Assembly: GCA_030141605.1 (NCBI GenBank)
Contig: JAQGDQ010000080.1
Coordinates: forward strand, 620,001-684,000
DNA length: 64,000 nt
DNA from: Tubiluchus corallicola
Taxonomy: Eukaryota > Animalia > Priapulida
Reading direction: 5' to 3'
Positions 1-11,680 of the stretch are shown piece after piece. How positions within the stretch are numbered: the stretch's first letter is position 1; the number at the start of each line of letters is the position of its first letter. The notes under the pieces were generated by a model. The model was given only the letters and a program-made list of their open reading frames with translations, searched no databases and was not told the DNA's origin. The translations under genes were made by a program, and so were the position numbers.

Positions 1-68
<68 letters not shown>
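1..68. repeat. (GA)n microsatellite, truncated by window start
   Basis: Perfect GA dinucleotide run at 1-68. Confidence 0.98.
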
Positions 69-71
<3 letters not shown>

Positions 72-1984
72 CCTGAAATACGTGAATTTCTTGATGCTTA
101 AACGAAACCTTTTCCGCATTTTAAGCGTATTGGAATATTTTGTTACGCGCTCAAGGCGTTAATTTGACTGTAAATCTGTCGACAAAGTCTGAAAACGCAT
201 TACGTTAACTGGCCCCCAAGCTATCTAATAAGCTTCATTTATTTTCATGACGTTTCCAAACCTTATTTGAAACAAGAAATTTGTGAGCGCAAATCAAATT
301 TCTGACGCTTTGCCTTGCTATCGGTAATGTTTGCAGTAGTGAACGTGGCGTGTGTGTTTAATAATAAAACGTCAGTCATTTTAATAATGTGTCAAATTAA
401 ATTTAAAAATACAGTCATTCTCAATAAATACAGGGAACGAAAGGTTTTTTGTGCTTCTCTTCTAGCTTTGCATATTATTTTTATTATTTTGTTCGTCTTT
501 TTGTTGGAAGTTAAATGATATACATTTTTAAGGTGCATTAAGTTTCATGGTTTAGTTATGATTTTAGTGTACTGAGGATGACAATGAAGACACCTACTCA
601 TAGACTGATGCTTTATGTTAAACCGAGGCGATGCACTTCGACTAGACACGTGAAAAGAAGAACAAATTACCTGTTAAGCCAAGAAATTGCCAAAAATTCA
701 CAAAAGTTTAAGAAAGACTTAATAACATCTATTTCGTAAAGCTTTTTTTCAATACCCAGTTCGACTCCACATCTGATGTCATTTTTTCTCAATTCAGTAT
801 TTTCAACACAACTTTCCTTATTAATTCAATGTCGATTCTTACTACTCTTTTTATTATAAATGTTTACCGATTTGATATAAATTATTATAAAACTTCTCTG
901 GACGTGCTATCGATCTTGAGAGCGCCCTCTATAAATTAACAAACGTTAGCTTTTAAATTTAGAAGCGTTATAGGTTAATGCTCTTTTATCCTTGAATAAC
1001 TGTGCATTCACTTTTCAACACTTAAATATGTGTTAGTCTTCTAATTACAGAAAAAAATTAATTAAGTGCAGCATTAGTTATTTAGCTTATTAACTAAATT
1101 ATCCTAATTTTCGATACACAATGTACCGGTGGAATTCTTCCTTGTATGTGTATTTATGTGTGACGATCTTATTTCATTTTACGTTATTTTCTCATACAAA
1201 CTACTATGAAACTATTCTTTCTATTTTTTAAAATCACGCATTTAGACAATACGAGCCTTCACGTTTTAAATTGTACGGAACTAATGAGACCGTATTTTAT
1301 TTTAGATGGTGAAGGAGCGAAACATTTTAAAACACTCACGTATCTTTGTAGGCAAATCCTACACAGTCAACTGAATGCGTTTTTTAGTAATTTGTTTATT
1401 CGTTATTTTTTTGTTTTCTGCATGTGTGTTGGTTCGTTTGTTTGTTTACTTGTCTGGCTGTCTTTTGCTCGCCCGTTCGCCTATCTGTTTGCCCATTCGT
1501 TAGCTTATTCACTTCCCGATTGCTTCTTTTTCATTTATTCACTTGATTGATCATTCCAGCTTTTATTCATTCACTTCACATTGTGAACATTTCTTTTTTT
1601 CATTATTTCTTTTTTTATCATACCGTGCAATTTCTATAGTAAAGGATACAACTATAAAAAGGGGAATTCCACTAAATGAGTTTATGCTTTTCGTAAAGCT
1701 GTGCAACCCCTTCTTCCTCGAAAGAACTCATGATTAAGGGAATAAAAAAGAAGCTGCACTTCTGCTTAGTTGCCCCAGGCTAAGAATCCGCGTTGCATGT
1801 TGAAGAAAATTGACTTTTTATTTCCGCTGACAAACGCGTGCTTTGCATTAATGATTATTTGAGTTAAAATTGAAGTTTGAGCTCAAAAAAAAAACAATTC
1901 CACGAATATTTCGCCGAGAGTCCGTGCGACTTAATTTATTGTTATACTGTCAGCTCTGGTTAAATAATTATGTTATTTTTTTAG

Positions 1985-4900
1985 GATGAAAAGAATCAGA
2001 TCATGACTACTGTTGTTTGGTTAAAACAGGTAAATTTATTGATTAATTATATTAAGCGTCAAAAGCTGTTCAATGTTTTATTGTGATAAGCTTATTTTTT
2101 GACACATCTACCCAGTAATGATAAACACGTTTTATGAACCGAGAGATGGCTGAATTGTAGGATGCTTATAAGTTGTAAGCAGTTGTAAGAAGTATTAATC
2201 GTACAAGGCCGTGCTCAACCTAACGAGACAAAAAGTTAGCTAATGTATAACATAATAATTTTGATTTATCTTCAAATAGGTCATAATAAACCTTGTACTA
2301 TATGGAATGAAATGAAATGAGCTCAAGTAACCCCATGAATAATACGAGGCCTCCTAAAAGTTTTTGAGTTTTTCCGACTTCTATTTTAATGGAGTCAGAG
2401 AACAGGCGAACTCTAGTGTTTCTGTAAGCCGCTCATTATACTGTTTGTTGGTATTAGCAAGTGTTCAACCAAGCACAAATTCAGAAACACAGCAGCTGCT
2501 TGCTGTCTTGAAATTCGAAGAAGCTCCATCTTTTGTAATATATCTCTTACCGCAATTCTGAGAGGTCAGGATTATATTGCACAAGAAGAATGCTGTTGGA
2601 ACTCTAAAAACCTTTTTTCTGAAATTCAATTCGCTCGAGTTTTTCCTACAGTTCCTACGGCTGAGTAACAGTTTAGTCCTGTTTTTGCATAATATATGTT
2701 AAGAATGTATTCTGGTGTAAACTTCATGTTGTTCTTAGCCTAAATTACGGTAAAGATCAAATGAACGCATGTAACGGTACTAAGTATGGCAATATTTAAA
2801 AGTTAAATCTTTGGCACCTTGTCTAATTCCTATAACTCAATTCTACTTCCTATCAATTTGATGGACGTAGGTCTTCCGCGCAGGTTCGTATTTAGTATCT
2901 GTGGTCGTTCAGCTGTTGCTTCCATATTCAAGTCGGTTCAGAGGACCTCAATGTATATTAATAATCAATTCAAATGCAAATAAAATAGCCTTTCGGGTGC
3001 ATTAACTATCAAGTTTTTGAGATTTAATAACGAAGCTAAAAAACCGCAGCAAACTAACGTTGCTCTCCAGAAATAGCAAAAAAACACGCAAAATAGGAGA
3101 ATTTTCATGACCTTTACCACTCTTCTTACAGAAAGCGAAGAAGAGAAAAGGAATAAAAACATTTGTAAAAGTCGAACTTTAGAAACACAACGATCCCCAA
3201 AGGCAGTTCTAAATTTACACTAGTTCTCCTTTTTTCATTTGTTTGTAAGCCATTAGCTGCCTTCTGTGCGAAGCATGTTAATTCCAAGAGGAGTGCAAAC
3301 TTTACAGAATTAACCACGTGACCTAGTGTCTCTCTAGACTAGAGGTTTTCAACCTGTGATTCGCGAAGCCCTAAGGATTTACAGGACAGTTTACAATTGG
3401 TACTTTGACGACTAACGAAAGAGTAGTAATACTAAAGTCTTAAATCTACATTCTGCAGAGAAAAAAGATGCCTGTTATAGATGTGTGCACCGAATCATGC
3501 TTCATAACTTCACAGTTCACATTCATTCAGCAGGTCTGAATGGTTCTTATATACAGGAAATGATTATGCACAGGCACAAATGATCACATTTTTTCTGTAG
3601 TGTCATTTATATGCAATTTATTCTTCATCGAACTCGAATTCAATTTTGCGTTGTGGTGCTTGATGATTGCAGTCAGCTAGCTTGCATCAACTGATACGTA
3701 TACTTATTTTAGAGAACCTTCGCTATTCAATCTCTAAAACTTTATAGTTAATGCACCCGAAAGGTTATTTATCTGCATTTGAGTTGATTATTTATTTACA
3801 TTGTGATCCTCTCAACCGACTTGAACATGGAAGCAACAGCTGAAAGACCACAGATACTAAATACGAACCTGCGCGCAAGATCTATGTTCATGTGTCCATG
3901 AAGAGAAGAACTCGTATACTTGTATACCTATCAAACTCTTATAAACCTAGTTACTGCTACATTGTCTTTTAAAAGTTCCTTCCTGTTTTCCTAAATATAG
4001 TATATCAATCCAGGATATACTGAAATCCATTGTGGCGCCATTGCCTATTAAATTAGTCTTCATAAAAATATTATTATTAAGTACTGAGTCTTATTCCATA
4101 TGCTGAGTAAATTCTGTAACGGGGTTCTGGTTTACGGTCCGATATAACTCTGTGGTTGCTTAACAAAAATGTTTGAGAGTATTTCTGATTTATAACCCTC
4201 CCATCTTGAAGCCATGTATCAGCCCGACTCGCCTGAATCAGTGAAGCCATGATGTATCAACAGCAGAGTCACCATAACGTAGTCACTTTCCAACCATGGC
4301 TTGTTGCTGTTATTAACAGCAATAATAACAGTTTCCTGACAAACTTGTCTGCATTAAATCCCAGAAACAGATTAGGCTGAGAAATGCGTCGTTTCATTTT
4401 ATAGCTTGTTTAGATTTATGACCAAATGGAAATTTTCTGTTTTCCGCCTTACACAAAGTCGACGATCATTTACCCAGATGATTTATGCTTCGGATTAGAA
4501 AAGTGGACACAAACTCTTTACATTTACAAAACCGAAAGTAAATATATCTTAATCTAAGCAAACGTGGTTTTACAATGGCAAATATTTTGGCAAATGTCGG
4601 TTTTTACCGTTAAATGTCTGCTCTGTCTGTATGCTAAAGTCTGTTTAGTGCCTTTTTTCACTCATGTGTGCCCCGTTAACTTTAAATTTTCAAAGCAAAA
4701 AGTCATACAGTGTGAATTACCTGTATTACGTGCCATTGTGTAGATCTTCTTTTTCTGCCTAAGGCATTACAGGAAATGTCTCCGGTGAACAAATTTCAAT
4801 CTATTCAGATCGATACTTTCTTTTTTAAGTTCAATCGTCAACAACTATAATACAGTTTTAGTTTGCTCTCTACTCTCTCTGCTTTTTAGTCCCCACTTAA

Positions 4901-7664
4901 TGTACTGGACAGCCTTCTTTATAACCTCGCAAATAACGCGATAAACGCGTTACTCGTAATCTTGTTTATTTTTCGGCAGACTTAAATTTATTTAATTTTC
5001 TAGTGTTACAGTCAGCGAGTTACTGTTGCTGCGCAACGTCCTGCCTTTGATACCTATAGCGCACAAGTGGTATCATTTTCTCCGGAGACGTCTTTAGTTC
5101 TGAACAATACGAAATTAAGTAAACTGTTACCTTGATGCATCTGTAGCAGTGACCCAGTTCAACAAAATTGCTATCCCTTATCATTTGCATAAACTTGTAT
5201 TAATGGTCGACCCTTGCGAACTTTGTACTCACTTACCTCAGTTTTCAGCGCAGTGTACTGCTCAGTTACATACTTGGAAATTGATTAAACATTAATTTTT
5301 TGCTAACCTAACAATTTATTATTACTGACAAATTATTAATTTCAGCAATGGTTCGATCATAAACTAACTTGGGATCCACGCGAATATGGTAACGTGTCAG
5401 CATTACACATTCCCTCACAGCTGATTTGGATACCTGATCTAGTTTTATATAATAAGTACGTAATCTATTTGAGAAAATATTTTTATATGTTTACGAATGT
5501 ACATACAAAGGTAATATGAGTGTTAGAAAACATGCTGGTCAAAATTCAATACCGAATTGCTAAGTTCTGCCACCAAAATAACCCCGTGCCCGTGATCTTC
5601 TAAGTAATGAACATGCTTGGTCAAGTAATAGAAAACGTGCATATTGAGTTGACTTAATCTACGTTGAATTAAATTTTATACAAAATTTGTCTACAACTTT
5701 TATAATGTCGATAGGTTTAATTTAATACAAAATGATGCCCTACAACTTCGTGTGTATTCTTGGCCGCTCTTTTTACCAAATTTAAAGATTTTTGACTCAT
5801 CACTTAATAACAGTACTATTCGTGGCCTGTGTGAGTATGTAATATCCTTGTATACTTACATTTTAATGGATTAGCGAGGTTTATACACGCATACAAAGCC
5901 AAAACAAACAGCAATAAAACGGATTTAAACGTTATTTTTTGTTGCGTTTCTTGCCTTGAATAAATTTGCTTTCTTTTCTTCTTGCAGTGCTGATGGAAGT
6001 TATCAAATCACAATTATGACCAAAGCTACCATCACCTACAAGGGCGTGATAACTTGGGAACCACCAGCTGTGTACAAGAGCTCCTGCGATATCGATGTTC
6101 AGTTTTTCCCGTACGATGTCCAGACATGCCGGTGGAGAATTGGCGCTTGGACCTACGACTACACCAAAGTTGACTTGGAACATATTGATGCAAAAAAGTT
6201 AGCTACACCTGAGTTACCAGATTATTATCCGAAAGGTGCGGTGGACATTACCGATTATCATCCGAATGTCGAGTGGGAGATACTGGCAACAACCGCCAAC
6301 AGAACACGCAAAAATTACCCTTGTTGTCCACAGGACAAATATACCGACGTGACATTTTATTTAGTATTACGTCGAAAGACTTTATTTTACACAGTAAATT
6401 ATGTGATTCCAGTTGTGTCTATGACTGTTTTAACCACCTGTTTATTTTATCTTCCTGTGGTTAGCGGGGAGAAAATTTCACTGGGTGTCTCCCTACTTGT
6501 GTCGCAGACTCTCTTCTTTTTGCTCTTATCTGAAACCATTCCTCCAACATCGCTAGTGGTACCGCTGCTAGGCAAGTACATTCTCTTCGCCATGATTCTA
6601 GTCTCAGCTTCCGTGTTTTTGACTGTTTACGTGTTAAACGTGCACTACAGGAAGCCAGGAATTCATAAGATGCAACCGTGGGTCAGGCTTATTTTTCTCC
6701 GAGTGTTACCTCGTTATTTGATGATGAAGCGACCTCAGTTTGAGAAGGACAGGAGTGTGCAGTTGGTACACGGGGTCACGCGGCGGTTTAGTGCAATATT
6801 TGCTTTCGAAGCCAGCGCGCTTACCAGACATATTAAGAACGAAGACTGGAAGAAAAAATGTCCTGAAGTGTATCGGGCAATGACGGGTGTAGAATTCATT
6901 GCTAGGCATATCCAAAAACAAGACGAAATTGACTCTGTAAGTTGATTATATTGTCAGCAATGTGCATGTGCATATAGTAAGAAAACAATTTAATTGACTT
7001 TTCTAAAACTGACCAGTTAAAGAAATTGATTAACTAATTTAATTTATGTCATACAATGTAATTAGTATAAATGAGTTGCTGTGCAGTATTTTACTCGTCA
7101 CTGAAAGTATTGAAGAATCAGTGACTACTTAATCGCCCAACAGGTGGAAGCACGTAATCGCCCCATAATTTATTTTGTCAGTTTCAATGGCTCTCTAGCT
7201 TTCAGATGAGTGAGAAAATATGTGAGTCCTCCCATTTGATGAAAAGTGTGCATTTTAAAACAATCATTCTTTTTTCAGATATTGTATAAATAATTAATCA
7301 CATATGTCTGTTTTTGGATAAAAATTTAAATTACCTAGTGAAACTGTTATATCCGAATTTATCCACAATTACTAAAATGTCTATAATATTTATGCGTGTT
7401 AGTAGGCCTATACAGTATACTATTGTCGTCTGATCATTATAGTTGTCTAATAACGAATATGTTCTAGTTTTGTTTTATTTACAGATCCGAGAAGACTGGA
7501 TGTACGTGGCAATGGTTTTGGATAGGTTGTTCCTGTACATATTCATTTTTATTTTCATCGTGAGCACTGCTGCAATAATATTTCAAGCACCTGCACTTTA
7601 CGATAACAGCCCATCTATTGAAGATGAGAATATATCAGAAATGCTAAATCTAACAAGTGCATAG
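1985..7664 (+). CDS. Nicotinic acetylcholine receptor alpha subunit (Cys-loop cation channel), 5'-partial; exons 1985-2029, 5346-5455, 5988-6936, 7485-7664
   Basis: The exons are flanked by AG/GT and join in frame. They encode [15 protein letters not shown] (45 bp), [15 protein letters not shown]...[11 protein letters not shown] (110 bp), and a large exon with the Cys-loop [15 protein letters not shown], loop B WTYD, loop C vicinal cysteines YPCCPQDKY (alpha-defining), M1-M3 and the GEK filter. The last exon encodes [17 protein letters not shown] (M4) to the TAG at 7662-7664. Signal-peptide exons are not in the window. Confidence 0.96.
2861..3891. repeat. Long inverted repeat (arms 2861-3035 and 3718-3891) in a nAChR intron
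   Basis: Hand alignment of arm 1 to the reverse complement of arm 2 gives about 19 differences in 175 nt. Example: GCAGGTTCGTATTTAGTATCTGTGGTC pairs with GACCACAGATACTAAATACGAACCTGC. Confidence 0.92.
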
Positions 7665-9229
7665 ATCTAATAAGAAACTGCTACAATCTTGGTGTGAATC
7701 ACGTTAAAATTTTTGTATTTTTCAAAGTTAAGATTATGTGTACATGTATTTGAGTCAGGCTGTCGTTTGCTTGAGCAAGCAATTTAACAAAGGCCTTACT
7801 AATCAAAGTTTAGCTACAGCAATGTTACTTTTTTCTTCTTTGTGTAATTATCAGCGAAATATCACTGTGTGTAGGTGTTTATACATGTACAAATATATTT
7901 TGCCGAGCTTAAACGTGTTCCACCATTATATTACTTAAATTTTGTAAGTATGTAAATATTATTTATGCAAACTAATTATATATTTTGTAAGGTGGCGATC
8001 CACTGATATTTTATGTAAGCTTTAAAGCTTATATTAAGGCATAAATAAGGTTCAGTCGGTAAGCTAAACTGTCTTGCGTAAGTACATCTGTATCATTGTC
8101 TTTATTGTTCTGTTTGGAAAGTATCTTCTGTAGTTCTTTTTGCAGCTAAAACATGCAATTAGCTCCATCACTTAACAACGTCTGTCAATATTCAAATTTA
8201 TTCACTTTGTTTGAAAAAATGGCTGAATCGCTATACCACGATAATTTTATCATAATAATTATGGTTGTTTACAAATAACTAAATTTTACATTCACAATTA
8301 TTCACAGTTTTAACGCAGATGTTATGTATCGTAGATTACGAATGTAATTTTAATTTACCAAACTGTTTCGTGTTCTGAGGTTAACGCTATACTAACTTGT
8401 TTTATCTCTACGTCTAGCCTCGCGAGAATCTTTTACGCTTGTCAAAACTGTGATTGCTGTGCATCGAGCGCATAATTATTCTCAAATACCGAGATGTTCC
8501 ACTACTGACTTTTCATCTCCTTGTATTTACAACATTTGTAATTGAGGCTTCTGGCATTCTTCCCCTTTTCCGTGATTGATTGATTGATATGATTGATTTT
8601 TCGACGGGCAAATATTATTTCAATGGGAATTTTTTCGAGGTATGGATAGTACTGTTCTAGATAGACGCACTTACTTTTAACAGTTTAATAATAAATTTCA
8701 CAGGACAAAACTAAATGACTGGAATGTGAAATGGAGAAGGGAGAGAGAGAGATTTTGATAATGATGACAATTTTTTATTCTGTACATGGACATAGATACA
8801 TATATGCATAAATATATAGAAGACCGCTTGTATATATACAAATATGTACAATTCCAACGTTAGTTACCATATCAAATAATAATAAAACAAGCACATACAA
8901 AATATACAAATCAATGTACACGTAGTAATGAACAACAACGCCCCATAACAACATAAACAGCAAGAAAACAATAAAATAATGTAATAAACGGTATAATTTC
9001 CACAATTAACGGTTCATTAATAATTACACTTAATATTTGATTAGGCATAACTTTTACCAGTAATTGTGTGTACAAAATAATTTTATTTGCATTAAATACC
9101 TAATTGACTGACATATCGTAATGTGTATTTATATCTGTTGTCTATTGTCACTGAGTTTAGTTAACACTTCCACCAGTCTTTAGCCCACCGTTACAGACTT
9201 ACAGTTAACACTATTTAAAAACATTTATT

Positions 9230-9460
9230 GCCAAATGGTATAGTCTAGTGGTTAGGCGTCCGCATTACGTCCGGGAAGTCGTGAGTTTGATGCTGCGGCC
9301 GGGTTATACCAATCTGCTATTGGCTTAAAAGTGGTATCTACTATTGCCCTATCTGGCGCGTAGTATGTGAGATAAAAGTGGGGTAATGATAATCTCTGTT
9401 ATGTAGCGTAGTTTGTTATTTACAGTCAGCAATAAAAGCCATGAGCTGTGTAGGTCCTAA
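9230..9460 (+). mobile_element. tRNA-derived SINE (decayed), central domain resembling the Meta-SINE core
   Basis: A-box-like TGGTATAGTCTAGTGGTTAGG and degenerate B-box GTGAGTTTGATGC. These are followed by GGTTATACCAA...TTAAAAGTGGTATCTACTATTGCCCTATCTGGCGCG, which resembles the Meta-domain core as I recall it. The end coordinate is approximate. Confidence 0.65.
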
Positions 9461-9894
9461 TTAAAGAGCGTTTGAGAAATTGTAGGTTTAGTTAAGTTAG
9501 GCTTTATTTGAAATGTTTTTATGTGCTACAATAACAATAATATAACTAATATAACAAATAACAATCACTGCAAAAATGCTTGAAAATGGCTCAGTAACTC
9601 TTAACCTAGGCTAAATACAGCTTTCATGAAATTTAGCCTATTTATTATCTTTAATAACTGTGCATATATTAATTTAGAAAGTTGTAGCTTACTTGCAGAT
9701 CACCGATTTGATTCACGGAAGCACTCAGCAGTCCTCACACTATCGTTGTCCATACAGGTCTCATAGTTTGCGACCAGATTAAAAAGTAGATCAATTGCAT
9801 TGATGTTGATCTGTTGATGTGTCGTTCCAGCTCTCCTGATTTGATCGGGAGACTCCCGAGTTTAATGGTAATCACTCTTTCTTAAGACAAGACA

Positions 9895-10266
9895 GGTTCA
9901 CCTGGGAGCATGCCTGCTGTGTTTCTACCCCGGGGAGTACACGAAGTACTCACGTGCCCTGCTTCTGGTTCACCTGGGGGCAGGCCTGTTGTGCTTCTGC
10001 GCCAGGGAGTACGTGTGCTTCTGGTTCACCTAGGGGCATGCCTGTTGTGCTTCTACCCAGAGAGTACGCGAAGCAGGTGCCCTGCTTGTGGCTCACCTGG
10101 GGACAGGCCTGTTGTGCTTCTATGCCAGGGAATACGCAAAGCAGGTGCCCTGCTTCTGGTCCACCTGGGGTAGGCCTATTGTGCTTCTACTCCAGGGATT
10201 ACGCGAAGCAGGTGCCCTGCTTGCGGCTCACCTGGGGACAGGCCTGTTGTGCTTCTCCCAGGGAGC
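9895..10266. repeat. GC-rich minisatellite, about 6 copies of a ~67-68 bp unit
   Basis: Units start at about 9895, 9967, 10023, 10090, 10158 and 10225. Approximate consensus: GGYTCACCTGGGGRCAGGCCTGTTGTGCTTCTACGCCAGGGAGTACGCGAAGCAGGTGCCCTGCTTCT. Confidence 0.93.
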
Positions 10267-10369
10267 AGCGATTCTGTCTATTGGTTATCGGTTTATTAGT
10301 TAGTTAATAGGCTAGTTAATTAGTTAAGCTAGTCAGTTAGTTTTGGCGAGTTTTTCGGGTTTGACAGTA

Positions 10370-10440
10370 TGGCGTGTTTGGCGGTTTGGCATGTTTGGCA
10401 GGATTGGCATGTTTGGCATTATGGCAAATTTGGCAGGTTT
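10370..10440. repeat. Imperfect 8-9 bp tandem repeat (TGGCATGTT)n
   Basis: tggcgtgtt tggcggtt tggcatgtt tggcaggat tggcatgtt tggcatta tggcaaatt tggcagg. Confidence 0.85.
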
Positions 10441-10628
10441 TGTAGTGGTGCATTCAGTGATGAGAGGACATGTGAAGCATTTAAAGGAACCCCCTGTGAG
10501 ACTCCTGTAAGGCCTTTGTGGGTGTTCCACGTGGTGTGTTACCGCATTATAAGTTTTAAAACATTTTGTGATGTTCTTACATGGAATATCTACCTGAAAG
10601 AAAGGCATCTTTCATGCGTCACCGCATC

Positions 10629-10641
10629 AGAGAGAGAAAGG

Positions 10642-10719
<78 letters not shown>
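10629..10719. repeat. (GA)n microsatellite
   Basis: About 90 bp AG run with a short interruption. It explains the spurious RERERE and LSLSLS ORFs. Confidence 0.97.
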
Positions 10720-10722
<3 letters not shown>

Positions 10723-11199
10723 GAGTTCAAAGCAGCTCTACTTAATATACAGATATACAAAATATGATATTTCTTACATGTGAGTTGACAAATAGACAAT
10801 ATCATACATGATAACACTAGCACTAAAACCAAATTAAGTATTTTACATTAGTAATATTTAAAAAAATTTAATCCTCGAGTTTATTTGACAAAAACTGTGT
10901 ATTTACAATGTTTCGTACTACTTTTCCAAACAAGTCGCAGATATTGCCAGCCTGATTCTACCAGGCTTCATCGCATCCTGTGGGTACAATCTCCATCTTA
11001 TTCGTGCAAAAGTTAATGAAAAGCTTCCACTTTTGGCACCATTTATAGAGTTCCTTGCAACATGTTTGAGCAGTTTCATAACATTTATATGTTGAGGATT
11101 CAGCTACTATTATAGTACTGTCATCGAATATTTATATACATCTACACAATCATTTACACTTTCCACATGTTCAAACATTAGCTACATGTACAATGAATT

Positions 11200-11680
11200 A
11201 CAAAAGGAGATATTACAGAATTTTGCATATTACAAATATATTCCTTGAAGAAATGATTCCCAGTTTTAACGTTCATTTTTCTTTCAAGTAAAAAATTTCT
11301 GATGATTCCCAATAAATTTCCTTTTACATATTGGATCCGATGAGTTTGTAGAACAGGCCTTCTAGCCACTCGGTGTCAAGTGCGCATTCAAAATCCCAAC
11401 AAATAGCCATATAGTTGGGTTGTTCTGGTAAAAGTAGTCCTCCAGAGAGGAAATTAAGCACATAAGATACCTTGTGGTACTCCGACAGGGCATGAACCCT
11501 TCTTGTTCATCATCAATATATGCGCCTCACACAAGACGTTTCTCAGTCTTTTTGTGATCAGCCGCTCTATTAACTTACCGAAATAGGATGTTTGGGAGCA
11601 GTAAATGATTTTAATTTGAACAGCTGAAGAGGGCAGCACTTGGTTTTATGAACGAGATACTTCCCAGATCGTCGAGATGG
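11200..11680 (-). mobile_element. Decayed non-LTR retrotransposon (LINE) reverse transcriptase fragment
   Basis: Minus-strand, frameshifted RT-like pieces: GKLIERLITKRL, DFECALDTEWLEGLFYKL (compare DFxKAFDxVW), KGNLLGIIRNFLLERKMNV. Boundaries are approximate. Confidence 0.65.

Noticed and set aside
315-1737. Short hydrophobic ORFs (315-518, 1206-1550, 1543-1737) and similar 60-110 aa ORFs elsewhere
   Set aside because: Low-complexity AT/T-rich intronic translations with no recognisable domain, many starting at non-ATG codons.
2015-2029. Basic residue in loop D (WLKQ) as a neonicotinoid-sensitivity signature
   Set aside because: WLKQ is common in alpha subunits, including vertebrate ones, so it is not diagnostic.
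4117-4679. Kolobok-like element bounded by TAACGGGG / CCCCGTTA
   Set aside because: Only an 8-bp inverted match, which is insufficient without other copies.
1-5345. Duplicated mutually exclusive nAChR exons like insect alpha4/alpha6
   Set aside because: No second copy of the 45-bp or 110-bp exon was found by eye.
9230-9305. Functional tRNA gene (also 39150-39220 on the minus strand)
   Set aside because: A/B-box-like motifs are present but there is no complete cloverleaf or acceptor stem, and both continue into SINE-like bodies.
9895-10266. CRISPR-like array or repeat-protein ORFs (9910-10173, 9954-10307, 10088-10303)
   Set aside because: The units are contiguous with no unique spacers, there are no cas genes, and the context is eukaryotic. 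Unit length is not a multiple of 3, so the ORFs are by-products of GC-rich repeats.
10333-10832. ORFs with RERERE, LSLSLS or CQTCQSCQT tracts
   Set aside because: These are translations of the (GA)n and 9-bp repeats; the frame is broken by 8-bp units.
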